Source of the DNA: a virus
Length of the DNA stretch: 64,000 bases
IMG/VR virus record: IMGVR_UViG_3300009177_000036
Location: 2,853-66,852 of that record
Strand: one strand, 5' to 3'
Shown here: piece by piece, positions 1 to 10,811 of the stretch
Layout: every line of letters begins with the position of its first letter
How positions within the stretch are numbered: position 1 is the first letter of the stretch
Notes under the pieces: model-generated
Databases searched by the model: none
Seen by the model: the letters and a program-made list of their open reading frames with translations, nothing else
Told to the model about the DNA's origin: nothing
Position numbers and translations under genes: made by a program

Positions 1-40
1 GGCCTCCGAGTTGGCGTGGCTTGAGATCAACGGCTGAGTC

Positions 41-586
41 GTGATTACTAAACCGTCAGGCCCGCACCGCAGTAAGCTGACTGGAGTTAAAGCCAAACGC
101 CGTGGGGGTCGCAGGCGGCCCGTGTTAAAGGACCCTAAGAATATAGTCCTGCTGGACGAGTCCCCGATGCCCAAGCCCCGGGGGTTGAGCGCGGCCCAGC
201 GGGCGGGGTTGGCGTACGAGCGGAAGGTTCAGGCAAAGCTCACCGCCGAGATTCTCAGTGATCCGGAGTTTGAGGGCTTTGAGATTCATAGTAATCCGTG
301 GATTGCCTTCTGGGAGAACAAGCCTAGCTGGGCCTCCCCGGACATTGTGATTGTGGGTCCAGAGGACCTGTGGATCATTGAGATTAAGCTATCGTATAAG
401 AAAGAAGTGGAGAAGAAGCTCCGCAATGTGTATGAACCGTTGTGTGTGGCCATTTGGCCCGACCGCCGCGTTCATAGATTGCAGGTTACGCGGAATTTAT
501 TGTTTGGGACCCGGCCCCGGTTTGTGGATCATTGGCTTGAGGCCGGGACCGAATACCTTCATACGTGGTTCTTACGGGATGTCTAG
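41..586 (+). CDS. PD-(D/E)XK nuclease-family protein
   Basis: E...SPDIV...IIEIKL motif. Confidence 0.6.
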   Translation: MITKPSGPHRSKLTGVKAKRRGGRRRPVLKDPKNIVLLDESPMPKPRGLSAAQRAGLAYERKVQAKLTAEILSDPEFEGFEIHSNPWIAFWENKPSWASPDIVIVGPEDLWIIEIKLSYKKEVEKKLRNVYEPLCVAIWPDRRVHRLQVTRNLLFGTRPRFVDHWLEAGTEYLHTWFLRDV

Positions 587-1357
587 TTCAATCAGATGAT
601 TGGGGTCGAAGTTCCGGTTCTCGGGGAGCCCGCCGTTGCCGCTACGCATATACCCCCGGGGATTGGCCACGACGCGGCAGTTTCCAATCATATAGTCTGA
701 CGATGCGTGCATGTGTCCATGGGTCCAGAGCCTGATCTCCGGATGAGCAAGGATGAACTGTTCCAGGTTTGAGGCGTAGCCCCCGTTCGTGAAATAGTCG
801 TCGGCAAAATCGGGGTCGACGCTTTTGAAACTCGGGGCATGGTGGGTTACCATCACTGTGGGGATGCCCTTATAGAATTCCCTGTCTAGCTCGTTGAGGG
901 TGGCTAGGTGGATTTTGCGGGTGTCCTGCGGCGTGAGGGCCCTGTAATCGTCTTTGGCCACACGGATAAGCCGATAATCATTCATACCATGTCGGAGAAC
1001 ATCTTCGGTGATGGGGTCATTGCCGTTAAGGTCGGTCCAAAGGGTGCCGCCCTGGAAGTGGACTTTACCAAACATCCAGCCCCCATTTTCTAAGAGGGCT
1101 ATATTATCGAACTCACAGAGGGCGAGGCACAGCTTATCAAGGCTGGTGTCAATAGCCCCCTTGTAGTATTCATGGTTTCCCGGAACGTAGAAAGTCAAGG
1201 GAAAACGCTGCGACACCTTCTCAAAGAACGGAATAAATCTGTCAATTTTATCGATGACGCAGATATCGCCTGAGAGAATTAGGACGTCGGCCCCGTTGTT
1301 GATGGGATCGAAATCCGCACCCTCCAGGTGAAGGTCAGATAGGACTTTGATTCTCAT
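572..1357 (-). CDS. Calcineurin-like metallophosphoesterase
   Basis: DLH, GD, GNHE, THH, HGHMH motifs. Confidence 0.9.
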   Translation of the reverse strand: MRIKVLSDLHLEGADFDPINNGADVLILSGDICVIDKIDRFIPFFEKVSQRFPLTFYVPGNHEYYKGAIDTSLDKLCLALCEFDNIALLENGGWMFGKVHFQGGTLWTDLNGNDPITEDVLRHGMNDYRLIRVAKDDYRALTPQDTRKIHLATLNELDREFYKGIPTVMVTHHAPSFKSVDPDFADDYFTNGGYASNLEQFILAHPEIRLWTHGHMHASSDYMIGNCRVVANPRGYMRSGNGGLPENRNFDPNHLIELDIP

Positions 1358-1599
1358 TGCGCTGCCTCCAGCCGAAGGAGCCTCCGGTTGATCTCCTGGG
1401 TGCCCTGATGTGGGCGATAGGTGGCCCCCGGGTATTTGGCCTTTAGAAGGACAAGCTCCTCACGGGAAAGGGCCATGGGCCGTACTCGGTATGCCCGCAG
1501 TCCTTTTTTACCAAGATTAGATACGGCATTTCGTTTACCGGGTGAACGTGCCGGAACTGCAAAAATTTGGCCTTTTGGAATAATTACATCATCTAGCAT
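1354..1599 (-). CDS. Hypothetical protein
   Basis: ORF tightly coupled to neighbours, GGAG RBS. Confidence 0.55.
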   Translation of the reverse strand: MLDDVIIPKGQIFAVPARSPGKRNAVSNLGKKGLRAYRVRPMALSREELVLLKAKYPGATYRPHQGTQEINRRLLRLEAAQ

Positions 1600-2126
1600 C
1601 AGAGTTCTCCTTTGAATGAATCGTCGCCAACCAGGGTCTTCTTGTACATCTGGCGACTTTTGGTATGGAATAGGACGATGCCCTCCGGATTCATAAAACC
1701 CCTGGAGGCGGCGCTGCCATACTGGTTTAGACAGTTCAAGCAGTCATTGATTTCCAGTTCACTCCAAGGGCCTTGGTACAAAACGGGAACAACATTACAG
1801 CACGCGGGCCGCTCTAGTGACCAACGACTACTATTGAAGAGGCTAAAGCGGCGCTCATTGAGGCCATAGCCGCGTTGTATTCCCCGTCCCCACCACTCAC
1901 CAAAGTGTCGTCCGGGGCCCAGTAGTCGTAGCTCCTCTTCGTTCTCTTTGACCCACGCCGCAAAACCAAAGTTGTCAGCTTCTGGTGTAATCCAGCGAGT
2001 ACGCGAGCCAGCCTGAACTGTACCATCATCATTGATTGCAATTTGAGCATTGGTACCGTCGATTTTCTCTGTGATTATGATTTCTCGGGAGAGGCGTGGG
2101 ATTTTGCCGAATGATTCGAATTCCAT
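1599..2126 (-). CDS. RNA ligase (Rnl2-like adenylyltransferase domain)
   Basis: TEKIDGTN motif I, FGEW, EGIVL motif IV, terminal KK. Confidence 0.85.
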   Translation of the reverse strand: MEFESFGKIPRLSREIIITEKIDGTNAQIAINDDGTVQAGSRTRWITPEADNFGFAAWVKENEEELRLLGPGRHFGEWWGRGIQRGYGLNERRFSLFNSSRWSLERPACCNVVPVLYQGPWSELEINDCLNCLNQYGSAASRGFMNPEGIVLFHTKSRQMYKKTLVGDDSFKGEL

Positions 2127-2140
2127 AAATACTCCGTAGA

Positions 2141-2956
2141 TTAGATGGCGTACATATGCTCCAGTTGGCGCATGGTGATGTAGCGGCTAAGGTATACATG
2201 TTTGTCGATAATGTCAAGCTCTGTTATGCCGTAGCTCCAGGCGTTCATACTGTGCTTGGCATAGTCCTCGACGTGGCCCTCCGGAAGCGCGCAGCTTAAG
2301 TCGATAACGGTGACCCGGTCGCCGCCGATCTTGGCCCGGTTGATGACTTGGAACTTGTGGTCGTGGCCGTGGACAACATCGACATTGGAATGGAGCGCGA
2401 TGGCCTGGGAGACGTTGGCCCCGCCGATAGGCTGGCCCATTGCAGACATAGGTACATGGGTGAAAAGCACCCCGTCCAGGTTGAGATACTCTTTGTAGGG
2501 GATGATGTTGCAGCCCTTGAAGAGATCGATGATCTGTGGTAGGAGTTGGTTCTTCATCGGCGGGTGGTCGTTCTCGTAGCGAGTGGCCCGGGCCCAATCA
2601 TGATTTCCCATGACGGCATGGATGTGGGGGATTTTGGGGCGCGCAAGGTGTAGTCGGCGGGCCTTGTCGATACGCTGTTTAAACGGCGAGAGGAGCCGGT
2701 GGGCGGTCGCTCTCCCATCAGACATGTCTTCCTCGAAGCTGGGCTTCAGCCTGCCCTTGAGGGTATCGTCCTTATCGTGGGAATTGAGGGAGTCCATAGT
2801 AAGGAAATCCCCGATGAACACCACATCATCGAAATCCCCTTGGGCGAGGTGCTGCCCGATCCAATCGTAACGGTCTTTCTGATATTCGGATTGGCGGGGG
2901 TCAGCGTGAAGGTCGCCAATTCCCAGAACTCGACGCGGGCGTCCGAGGGATGTCAT
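2141..2956 (-). CDS. Metallophosphoesterase (phage type)
   Basis: GDLH, GD, GNHD, FTH, HGHDH motifs. Confidence 0.85.
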   Translation of the reverse strand: MTSLGRPRRVLGIGDLHADPRQSEYQKDRYDWIGQHLAQGDFDDVVFIGDFLTMDSLNSHDKDDTLKGRLKPSFEEDMSDGRATAHRLLSPFKQRIDKARRLHLARPKIPHIHAVMGNHDWARATRYENDHPPMKNQLLPQIIDLFKGCNIIPYKEYLNLDGVLFTHVPMSAMGQPIGGANVSQAIALHSNVDVVHGHDHKFQVINRAKIGGDRVTVIDLSCALPEGHVEDYAKHSMNAWSYGITELDIIDKHVYLSRYITMRQLEHMYAI

Positions 2957-3300
2957 TCGTCGTTCTCCGGGATGTAGTCGGTGTAGCTGTTTTGGGAGAG
3001 GGCCTCCCGGGCTTGATACTTCAGGAAATTCATCTCGAAGAGTTCGTCATTGAGAGCATTGACGTAGACCCCGGCCCGGATCATTCCGTAGCGGTAGGGG
3101 GTGACGTTGTTGCCATTCATGACGAGGACCGAGAAGCTTTGCTGCGGATCGCCCGTTACGCTATCCACTATCTTCTGGAGTTCGCGCTGCATATATGCCT
3201 TGACGATGGCCTGATCCTGATCTATAACTTCTTGAGGCTTAGCCTCCGCCTCTTTGGAGGTTTTGGTTCCTCTTTTTTGGAAATCAATCACGTCGGCCAT
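2953..3300 (-). CDS. Hypothetical protein
   Basis: AGGAG RBS, first gene after a sigma70 promoter. Confidence 0.7.
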   Translation of the reverse strand: MADVIDFQKRGTKTSKEAEAKPQEVIDQDQAIVKAYMQRELQKIVDSVTGDPQQSFSVLVMNGNNVTPYRYGMIRAGVYVNALNDELFEMNFLKYQAREALSQNSYTDYIPENDE

Positions 3301-3332
3301 GGGTCATCTCCTGGCAGGATACAAACAGATGT

Positions 3333-3361
3333 ATCATATACCGGCGGGGCCGGATTGTCAA
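3333..3361 (-). promoter_or_regulatory. Sigma70-type promoter TTGACA-17-TATGAT
   Basis: Near-consensus hexamers with 17-bp spacer upstream of the 3300 ORF. Confidence 0.75.
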
Positions 3362-3580
3362 TTAGAAAAGGGAAAGGGGGAAACTCATAATCTTGCCGAG
3401 ATTTTCCGGAAGGTCCCCTGATACAAGAATTAGGAGGGCCAGAATCCACAGCATTTTTTCGAGAAATGACAACTTAGTCCTTAATTCTTTATAACGCACC
3501 GCACAAAGGGTAACGTGAGCCGCCAAGTCCTGGGCCTCAAGCTCCTCACCGAAGCCAACATACTCACGAGCCATCACCAA
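3362..3580 (-). CDS. Small membrane protein
   Basis: HxxxCAxRY motif, coiled coil, C-terminal hydrophobic helix. Confidence 0.6.
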   Translation of the reverse strand: MVMAREYVGFGEELEAQDLAAHVTLCAVRYKELRTKLSFLEKMLWILALLILVSGDLPENLGKIMSFPLSLF

Positions 3581-6500
3581 TTTAACCCCTTCAAAATCTG
3601 CATGGCCTTTTCCTTTCCGACAAGCGGCACCCCTTTGATCTTGGCCTCTTGGGGATTTTTCTCCTGCATTATACCAGATATGATTCCCTTAATCAACATA
3701 TTGGGCATGATCCGGTCTTCGGGGGCGGCGGTTTTATTATACTGTTTGAACTCTTTAAGCACAGCCTGTAAGTCCTTCTGGGACTGGGTCCGGACTGCGA
3801 TATCGGGGCTCGCTACGCCATTAACGGCCTCGATGCCCCTGCCGATAAAGGGCTGAACCACGGTGTCTAGGCGGGCGCTTTCCTTCGCAACTTGGGCGAT
3901 CCGGTTCTGATATTCTGCAACTCCTGAGGGTGTGAAGCCGAAGGCCCCCGCTATCCGCTGCGCCGTGGTTATGGGTTTGAGGCCCCACTCTGGAGACCCG
4001 TTCTTGATTTCCTCAGGGGTGAGGATGGTGCGGCCAGACTGGGACTTTAGCCCGTTCTGGGGAATATCCCACAACCACTGATAGGCGCGCTGAGCCGAGA
4101 TGGGGGCGATGGACTGGAGGACCATGGAGCGCCAGTTCGGATTCCCCGAGAGGGTGGCAAAAATGCCCTGGACGATGGATTGGAGGCCCGACCCAGAGGC
4201 CCCGAGCATATCGGAGGGTTTGGCCCCGCCCAAGGAGAGGACCGCGCTGAGCATGGAGGTATAGGGCAGTTCGAGCCCGCTTCGGGTGTGGAGATCGAAG
4301 CCCGCGAGGTCATTCATTTCGCCCCGGTTCAGGCGGTCGATCCACTCGTGGCTCATCCCCGCATGGGCCAGCATCTCCTGCATGTGGCGCTCGATATCGG
4401 CATGAGGCACCCCAGCAAGATCGGCAATCTTGTCCCCAAGTTCCACAAAGAGATGGCCTGACGGGACCGCCCCCCAAACTCCGTTGATCAAGCCCCCGGC
4501 CAGGAGCATCATCCCTAAGTTGGCGGCGGCTTGCTTATTGCCCCGGGCACTCAGAACTGCAAGGGTGTACATGGAGCCCAGATAATTGGTCTGAACTTTG
4601 TTAAACATGCCGATAAGGCCCGGGACCGCGCCCTGCATGATGATGGGGGTGTTGGCCCGCCCGTAGTCGAAGAAGCTCTCGCGGGCCATGTGTTCGGCAA
4701 ACATGTCAGGGGTGAAGCCCCGGCTCTGTATTAGCTGCTGGAGGACCGGGTCCTTCTTAGCCGCGTCAAGGACGGCTTTCTGAACTGCGGGGTCGGAGAA
4801 CATAGAGCGCCCGGCCAAATAGGTGGACATGCGGCCCAGCTTCTCAGCCTCGCGGACAAAGACGCCCGCGGCATTGAGGGCCCCCGCATATGTACGTTGT
4901 AGGGGTGTGGCCTTGATCCCGGTGTTGGATTGAGCGTAAAGGTCATCGGTCCAGCGGCTCCCGAGGAAGCCCTTCGCCGAGCCCTCTTCCAGGATTTTAT
5001 ATAGAGGATTAGTCCGGTCCATTCTGCCCATCTGGAAAGCCACGGCATCCGCGAGGCCCTGGGCCATATGTGCCCCGATCTTCAGGGGGTTGACCCCATA
5101 GGACATGAAGAGCGGAAAGGTCCGGATCGGAACGTTCAGGGTGTGCTTATAGGCCACGGGCAGGGAGAAGCCAATGTCGCGAAGGGCCAGGAGGGACTTG
5201 ATGCCGGAAAGCTGCTCCACGGGGTTGAGAGCGTGGGTGACATGGGTGTCGAGGGTGGCCTTCAACTTGGGCTGCCGAAGATCGACGGAGTTAACTTCTG
5301 CGTGGATGTTGTCAGCGTGCAGCATATTGGAGAGGAGGCGGGACATCCCAAGAATATAGTTCGCGCCCACCTTTAGTCCGTCATCTGCGTCGAACCCTGG
5401 GATCATCTTACGCTGGAGAAAATGGGAGCCGGGCCCTTCACCCCTTAATTTATTAAGGGCCTGCTCAAAAATGTTATTCCATTCATTGTGGGAAACGTTG
5501 CCAAGGGCCTGGACCATTCGATCAAGGGACATAAGTTCAGGGACGCCCACACCCTCAGGGTCGCGGAAGGGGGCCATCTTGTCTGTGGTGAACGTAACCT
5601 CGGGGCCGAAGCCATGCTGGGCCCGGGCCGCATCGATGAACTTCTTCTGCTCGGCAACCGTAGGGACATGATCAAGCTGCTGCCGATATACGGTGTCGCC
5701 GCTAATGTCCTTGCCGACAATTTCCCAGGTCTTGCCGAAACGCATCACCGGGAAGTAGTGGCCTTGGCTCATGGCCTCCCAGGAACTCAGGAAAGTCAAG
5801 GCCTGCTTCTGCTGATTCTTCCCCATGCCCTGGAAGGTCGGATCGGCGGCGATAGTGGTGGAGTCAAGCTTGGGGTCGAGGCCCATCTTCGTTAACTGCA
5901 CAGTCTTCATTTCCTGCAGGGCCCGCTGGGTCATGTCCACCGCAGACTGGTAGCCCTTGGACTGCTCCGGTGTAAGGGTCGTCCCATTATAGGTGATGTT
6001 GCCGTCTTTATCGGGAATGGCCTTGGCCCCCGGATTATTCACACGATCAGCCTGTATTTCATAGAGCATCCGCGTGACCGCTTGCTGGTCTTTGGAGCCG
6101 AGGGCAGTGAAGTCCTTGAAGCGGTTACTGAAGTCTCGAAGGAGACTGCCCTCATACTGGCTCTTCCGGACCAAAGCGTCATAGACCCGGGCCGCCGCAG
6201 GGAACAGTTTACCTAGGTAGCTGGGGGTAAGTACTTTCGACTCGAATAGATTAACGTCGCGGGGGATCGAGTTCGGGTTGGTGATGGAATCGGGCCCGGC
6301 TATGTTGGGGGGCGGAGGGTTCTCTGATAGATTCTCCAACTGCGCACTAAGGGGCTGACGTTGCCAGACCTCGGGCGGGGCGTCTTCGCCACTGGCAAGC
6401 TGCTCTTGGACCTGGGGGTTTCGGACGGCTTGGACTTGCGGGGGCGGGGCTCCTGGTTCCACCGGAGTCTCTGCAGATGGTACCCCCTTCGGGGGCGCAG

Positions 6501-8148
6501 CCTCAGCGGCCTGTTGCGTGAGCGCCTGTACAGGATTGACCTCTTCTTCTAACTTAGCAGATACACTGCCAGGAAATGGGCCGAGGCGTTGGTTGATGGC
6601 ATCGAGGTCCTGGGCCGCCAGGGATTCAGCCTGACCCTTCACCGCCCGATTAAGTAGAACTTCCTGGGGAGTAGCTACACCTATGGTGGCATCGGGGGCC
6701 TGGGCCTGGAGGGCTTGTGATGTTTCCTCTGCTTTGCCAGGGGAAGACAGAGCTTCCGTCACAACATTTCCCTCAGCATCCTTGGCCTGGACCACTTGGG
6801 GAGCACCGGAGGTGCTAGCTTCGACCTTGGATTCGGGGAACCCGAGGATATTGGCCATGGTCTTGTCGGACAAGCTCTGGGCATTGGTGAAAGTCTCGGC
6901 CTTGGTGGGGTCGCTCGTAATAAGTGTACCCTCAGGGCGTTTCACAACTTCCAGTTCAGGAGGGAGGTCCTTGGGGATCGCAGACTCATTGCCCCGGGCT
7001 ACGAAGACCGAATCCTTGGTGCTTTTGGGGTCGAGGAGGGCCTGGACCTGGGCGGCGATGTCGGCTTTTGGTTCGGGGGTTGAGCCGGACTCGGGGCCGA
7101 AAAGACCTTCGAGACTATCGGACATGACGTCGCCACGCTCTTGCAGATTTATCTGCTCGCGCTCGTTCTGTGGCCCCTTCGGAGCGTCGCGGATGGTGCG
7201 GATTTCATCGAGGCCCGGGCGTTTCCCGAATTCTAGGCCTGCGGCAATTTGGACCTGGGGGACGGTCAGGCCTGCGTCGAGCTTCTCCTTAATGAAGTCC
7301 GCCATTTTGGGAACTGCGCCCGGCTCGGTCGGGGGGCCCTCGAAACCTTCATTAAGTTTGGCCGTTAGGTCCGGGGCTGCTTCGACAAGGGGTGTGGGCG
7401 CTGGGGCGCTGGCCTCCGGCTCTAGAGCAGGGGCTGCAGGGGCAGGGGCAGGGGCTTTGGGACCGAAGCCTAGTTTCTCGGCGATGTAGCGACGCAGGCC
7501 GCCCAGAAGTTCAGGGGTCATGTGGAGACCCCCGGCCACAAGCCCGTTGACTGCGGCGTCTTCTATGGTTTGGGCCAGATCGGGGCCTTCCCCCACACCC
7601 CTTTCTTTTCGGGCCTCGGCAATGAGGGGGTCGACCACTGCAGTGTAGGCTGCGTTTAGCCCGCCGAACTTCAGGGCCTGGGCCAGCATCGAGCCGCTGC
7701 CTGAAGGCAGGAGCATCTGTTCCGGGGCCGCACCCACCGAGCCGATGACGTTGCCCGCGACGGAGGTCAAGGCTTCGAGGGGATGGGTCAGACCTCCGGG
7801 CTGGAAGTTGGCTTTCTCGGACTCAAGCTTTTGTTGTTCGGTGGCGGCTTTTGCAGTCCGGGCTGCTATGGCTTCTGGGCTTTGGTCGGCCAGAGGATGT
7901 TGGGCAGCATAAGCGGCGGCCGCCCCTTCGGCCCCCGGGGCCACGCCCATCATGGGAATCCGGCCCTGAATGTAGTCTTGGATTGCCTGCTCGCCCAGAT
8001 GGCCCCCGAAATAGGAGGACAGGATGTCGGTCTTGAAGCGGTGGGCTAAGCTTGGGTTTGTGGGTTCCGGGGCATTGAGTTGGTCCAGGACACTGGGCCC
8101 CGACTCATCGGAGGCGTTGAGTTGATCGAGCAAGCTCGGATCGGCCAT
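3574..8148 (-). CDS. Large internal virion / DNA ejection protein
   Basis: ~1520 aa, helical, last in the tail module; start MADPS overlaps the upstream stop. Confidence 0.7.
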   Translation of the reverse strand: MADPSLLDQLNASDESGPSVLDQLNAPEPTNPSLAHRFKTDILSSYFGGHLGEQAIQDYIQGRIPMMGVAPGAEGAAAAYAAQHPLADQSPEAIAARTAKAATEQQKLESEKANFQPGGLTHPLEALTSVAGNVIGSVGAAPEQMLLPSGSGSMLAQALKFGGLNAAYTAVVDPLIAEARKERGVGEGPDLAQTIEDAAVNGLVAGGLHMTPELLGGLRRYIAEKLGFGPKAPAPAPAAPALEPEASAPAPTPLVEAAPDLTAKLNEGFEGPPTEPGAVPKMADFIKEKLDAGLTVPQVQIAAGLEFGKRPGLDEIRTIRDAPKGPQNEREQINLQERGDVMSDSLEGLFGPESGSTPEPKADIAAQVQALLDPKSTKDSVFVARGNESAIPKDLPPELEVVKRPEGTLITSDPTKAETFTNAQSLSDKTMANILGFPESKVEASTSGAPQVVQAKDAEGNVVTEALSSPGKAEETSQALQAQAPDATIGVATPQEVLLNRAVKGQAESLAAQDLDAINQRLGPFPGSVSAKLEEEVNPVQALTQQAAEAAPPKGVPSAETPVEPGAPPPQVQAVRNPQVQEQLASGEDAPPEVWQRQPLSAQLENLSENPPPPNIAGPDSITNPNSIPRDVNLFESKVLTPSYLGKLFPAAARVYDALVRKSQYEGSLLRDFSNRFKDFTALGSKDQQAVTRMLYEIQADRVNNPGAKAIPDKDGNITYNGTTLTPEQSKGYQSAVDMTQRALQEMKTVQLTKMGLDPKLDSTTIAADPTFQGMGKNQQKQALTFLSSWEAMSQGHYFPVMRFGKTWEIVGKDISGDTVYRQQLDHVPTVAEQKKFIDAARAQHGFGPEVTFTTDKMAPFRDPEGVGVPELMSLDRMVQALGNVSHNEWNNIFEQALNKLRGEGPGSHFLQRKMIPGFDADDGLKVGANYILGMSRLLSNMLHADNIHAEVNSVDLRQPKLKATLDTHVTHALNPVEQLSGIKSLLALRDIGFSLPVAYKHTLNVPIRTFPLFMSYGVNPLKIGAHMAQGLADAVAFQMGRMDRTNPLYKILEEGSAKGFLGSRWTDDLYAQSNTGIKATPLQRTYAGALNAAGVFVREAEKLGRMSTYLAGRSMFSDPAVQKAVLDAAKKDPVLQQLIQSRGFTPDMFAEHMARESFFDYGRANTPIIMQGAVPGLIGMFNKVQTNYLGSMYTLAVLSARGNKQAAANLGMMLLAGGLINGVWGAVPSGHLFVELGDKIADLAGVPHADIERHMQEMLAHAGMSHEWIDRLNRGEMNDLAGFDLHTRSGLELPYTSMLSAVLSLGGAKPSDMLGASGSGLQSIVQGIFATLSGNPNWRSMVLQSIAPISAQRAYQWLWDIPQNGLKSQSGRTILTPEEIKNGSPEWGLKPITTAQRIAGAFGFTPSGVAEYQNRIAQVAKESARLDTVVQPFIGRGIEAVNGVASPDIAVRTQSQKDLQAVLKEFKQYNKTAAPEDRIMPNMLIKGIISGIMQEKNPQEAKIKGVPLVGKEKAMQILKGLNW

Positions 8149-10811
8149 TACGGAGTCCCCGGAACCGCGTACCACTGACCTTGATGGGTGACGTAAGTCT
8201 TACCGTTAAGGATTTTCTGAGTTGCCTCGGGGGCTTTGCTGGGGCCGAGAGGTTGACCAGCCGGGGCACCTGTAGCTCCGGGGACTCCGGGAGCGGTGGC
8301 TGCAGTCGGGGCCGTTATTGCCGGAGCAATTTGGGCTGCCAGGGCTGCCTCGTTGGGGTCGAAAGATTCACCCGGGTGGCCCATCTCTGCCATTGCTCTG
8401 GAATAAGCGGCGTTCCACTTGGCTTGACCTTCGGCGTCCAGGTTTCCCAGGGGCCCGAGTTCTGCCGTTACCTTATGTGTAGCAGCGGTCATATCTTTGG
8501 CGTATTGTCCGGAGCCTGCGAGGCCCATGCCCTTACCAGCAAAGTTGCCCTTGACCTTATTGCCCTCGGCGTCGGTGACATATTTGAACTGGGCCGTGAG
8601 CGGATCGACCATTCCCATATAGCCCTGGGAGTCGAGGGACGGGCTGCCCTTGCTGGCAAGTTCGAGGCGACGCTGCTCGATGGCCAACTCCTCGGAGTAG
8701 TGTTGCATCTGGGCTTCGGTGGCGCGCTTCTGCTGTTCGAGTTCGCCCTTCTGGTAGGGAGTAAGGCTGGTCTCGCCAAAGGTGATCTGCTGTTCGAGGG
8801 CCTTGTGGTATTCCCCGAGGCTTTGCAATTGCTGTTGGGCCTGCTGGAGCTTGGTGATCTCGGAGCCCTGAGTGAAGCTTGTGTTGTTCTGGTCCTTAAG
8901 ACTGGACTGAAAGGCGTTGATGCCGTTGCCGAGGGCCGCGAAGGTCGGGTTTTGCCCAGGCTGACGCCCTGTGGCCATCATTGCAGCCCCTGCGGCTAGG
9001 AGCGGGCTCTGCAGATCGGTGCCGCGCCCAAAACTGTTAGGATTAATGATGCCGCCGAAGTTGTCGGGCTTGTCGGACGAGCCGCCGAAGAGATGGCTAA
9101 CAAGGGCCCCGAGGCCATAACTCTTGTTGTCGTCGACCTTGGTGCTGGCGAGGGCCTTGTCCCGGAGGTCCTTGTCGGTGTAGAGTGGAAGGGAGTCTGT
9201 GGCTTGGCTGACAACATCGGAGGAGTCGAGACCCATTGGGAGCACCCCTCCGCCTGCGTCATAATGTCGCACCCGACCCCCGCGCCGGAACATCCCGAAA
9301 CCGGTGTCTCCTGCCAGTGAGTTCCAATCTCCGCCAATTGGAGTGTCGATTCTAGAATGGTCCATCTTGATGGGGTCAGAGTAATCGCCACCAAAGAGTT
9401 TTCCAAGGAGGCCCATACCGCTATCTACATTGGCTCCCATCTTACTAAGGCCGCCCGTGTGGGTTCCCGTGAGAAGATCGGATAGGGATTTGATGCCCCC
9501 GCTAAAGTCCGTGCCGGAATCTTTCTTGGTCCCTGCACTCGCCATCGAGGAACTTCCGGACTGGGCAAGAGATGCCATCAAGGCTGAGAGGTCACCCCCG
9601 CCGCCGGCCCAAGGATTGAGAGTGACGCCCCCTGGGATGTCGCCCCCCATGTCTCGATGGAGGGTTTTGGCCGGTTTGACTGCGCCACCTTCATTCATGA
9701 AGAGACTGGCAATGGTGGCTACGCCGCCGATTATGTTACCAATGCTGGGGTCATTGTTGGTGGTTGTCTGCCCGGTCGAGGTGCCCGTCTGGGTGTAGGC
9801 TTGCATGGGGCCCTGCAGAAGATTCTCTAGGGCCGACATGTTATTGATGGTGGAGTTGTTGCCCTGCTGAGCGTAACCTGTCTGATATTGGCCGACATTG
9901 TTGAGGATATTGGCCCAGCCTTGGTTGGCGCTGTTGAGCCCCACCTGACCCTGAGTGGCAAGGTTGCCCGCCCCCAGAAGGCCCTGATTGGCGATGGCCC
10001 CAGTCTGGTTCATGTTGGAGGCCGAGCCCAGGATGCCCTGAATGCCGATCTGATTGGCTTGGTTCTGGAGGCCTGTTGCCCCATTAAGGAGCGAGCCCAG
10101 GGTACCCTGCTGCTGGAGCCGCTGGTTTTGCTGGGTGTTGTATTCGTTCTGGGCCTGCCCGTAGTTTTGGGACAAAAGTCCAGAAATGGTCTGTTGTTTG
10201 TTAAGGTCGTAGTTTTTGGCAAGCTGAGCCTGAGCGATCGCCGCCCGGTCTCCGCCGAAAGCCCCGGTAGCCTGGGTCGCGGAGGCACTGAGGTTGTTGG
10301 AGTCGATGCCTTCTTGATTGTTAATCTGGTTAAGGCTGGAGTTGATGACGCCCTGTGTGTAGGGGTTCATCAGGTTGGTGAGATTCTGACCCTGGCCCGG
10401 GGTGATCGCTTGGGACCCTGTGAGGCCCGACTGCGCGGTATTCTGGATGACGGAGTTGTTGGCCTGCGGGGAGTACATGGCCTTGGAGGCAGCCCCCGCC
10501 GCTTCCCAGTCGAGACCATTGGCCCCAGAGTTTGTGCCCGCCACAGAGTTGGCAACAAGGTCAGCCCAGTTATTGGCCGTCCCGGCGATGCCGCTCGTCC
10601 CCTGAGACTGGGGGATTAGGTTGCCCTGGATGTATTTGGAAAGTTCGCCCTGAGGGGCCTGAGTCCAAAGAGGGGCATTGGTGCCGCTCTGAACGCCCGA
10701 TAAATATTTAGTAATCCCGTCTAGGACAGACTGGACCTGGGGGGAAAACGACTTGGATGTGGTGGTATTCTGACTGGAGCCGCCCGAAGGTGTATTTGAC
10801 TTACCGCCCAT
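8148..10811 (-). CDS. Internal virion / DNA ejection (pilot-like) protein
   Basis: MGGKS start, Q/N/G-rich, NPYTQGVI...AFGGDR motif, follows a GNAT gene. Confidence 0.7.
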   Translation of the reverse strand: MGGKSNTPSGGSSQNTTTSKSFSPQVQSVLDGITKYLSGVQSGTNAPLWTQAPQGELSKYIQGNLIPQSQGTSGIAGTANNWADLVANSVAGTNSGANGLDWEAAGAASKAMYSPQANNSVIQNTAQSGLTGSQAITPGQGQNLTNLMNPYTQGVINSSLNQINNQEGIDSNNLSASATQATGAFGGDRAAIAQAQLAKNYDLNKQQTISGLLSQNYGQAQNEYNTQQNQRLQQQGTLGSLLNGATGLQNQANQIGIQGILGSASNMNQTGAIANQGLLGAGNLATQGQVGLNSANQGWANILNNVGQYQTGYAQQGNNSTINNMSALENLLQGPMQAYTQTGTSTGQTTTNNDPSIGNIIGGVATIASLFMNEGGAVKPAKTLHRDMGGDIPGGVTLNPWAGGGGDLSALMASLAQSGSSSMASAGTKKDSGTDFSGGIKSLSDLLTGTHTGGLSKMGANVDSGMGLLGKLFGGDYSDPIKMDHSRIDTPIGGDWNSLAGDTGFGMFRRGGRVRHYDAGGGVLPMGLDSSDVVSQATDSLPLYTDKDLRDKALASTKVDDNKSYGLGALVSHLFGGSSDKPDNFGGIINPNSFGRGTDLQSPLLAAGAAMMATGRQPGQNPTFAALGNGINAFQSSLKDQNNTSFTQGSEITKLQQAQQQLQSLGEYHKALEQQITFGETSLTPYQKGELEQQKRATEAQMQHYSEELAIEQRRLELASKGSPSLDSQGYMGMVDPLTAQFKYVTDAEGNKVKGNFAGKGMGLAGSGQYAKDMTAATHKVTAELGPLGNLDAEGQAKWNAAYSRAMAEMGHPGESFDPNEAALAAQIAPAITAPTAATAPGVPGATGAPAGQPLGPSKAPEATQKILNGKTYVTHQGQWYAVPGTP

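Noticed and set aside
3574-8148. Large virion protein as a virion RNA polymerase
   Set aside because: No DxDGD or T7-type polymerase motifs recognised.
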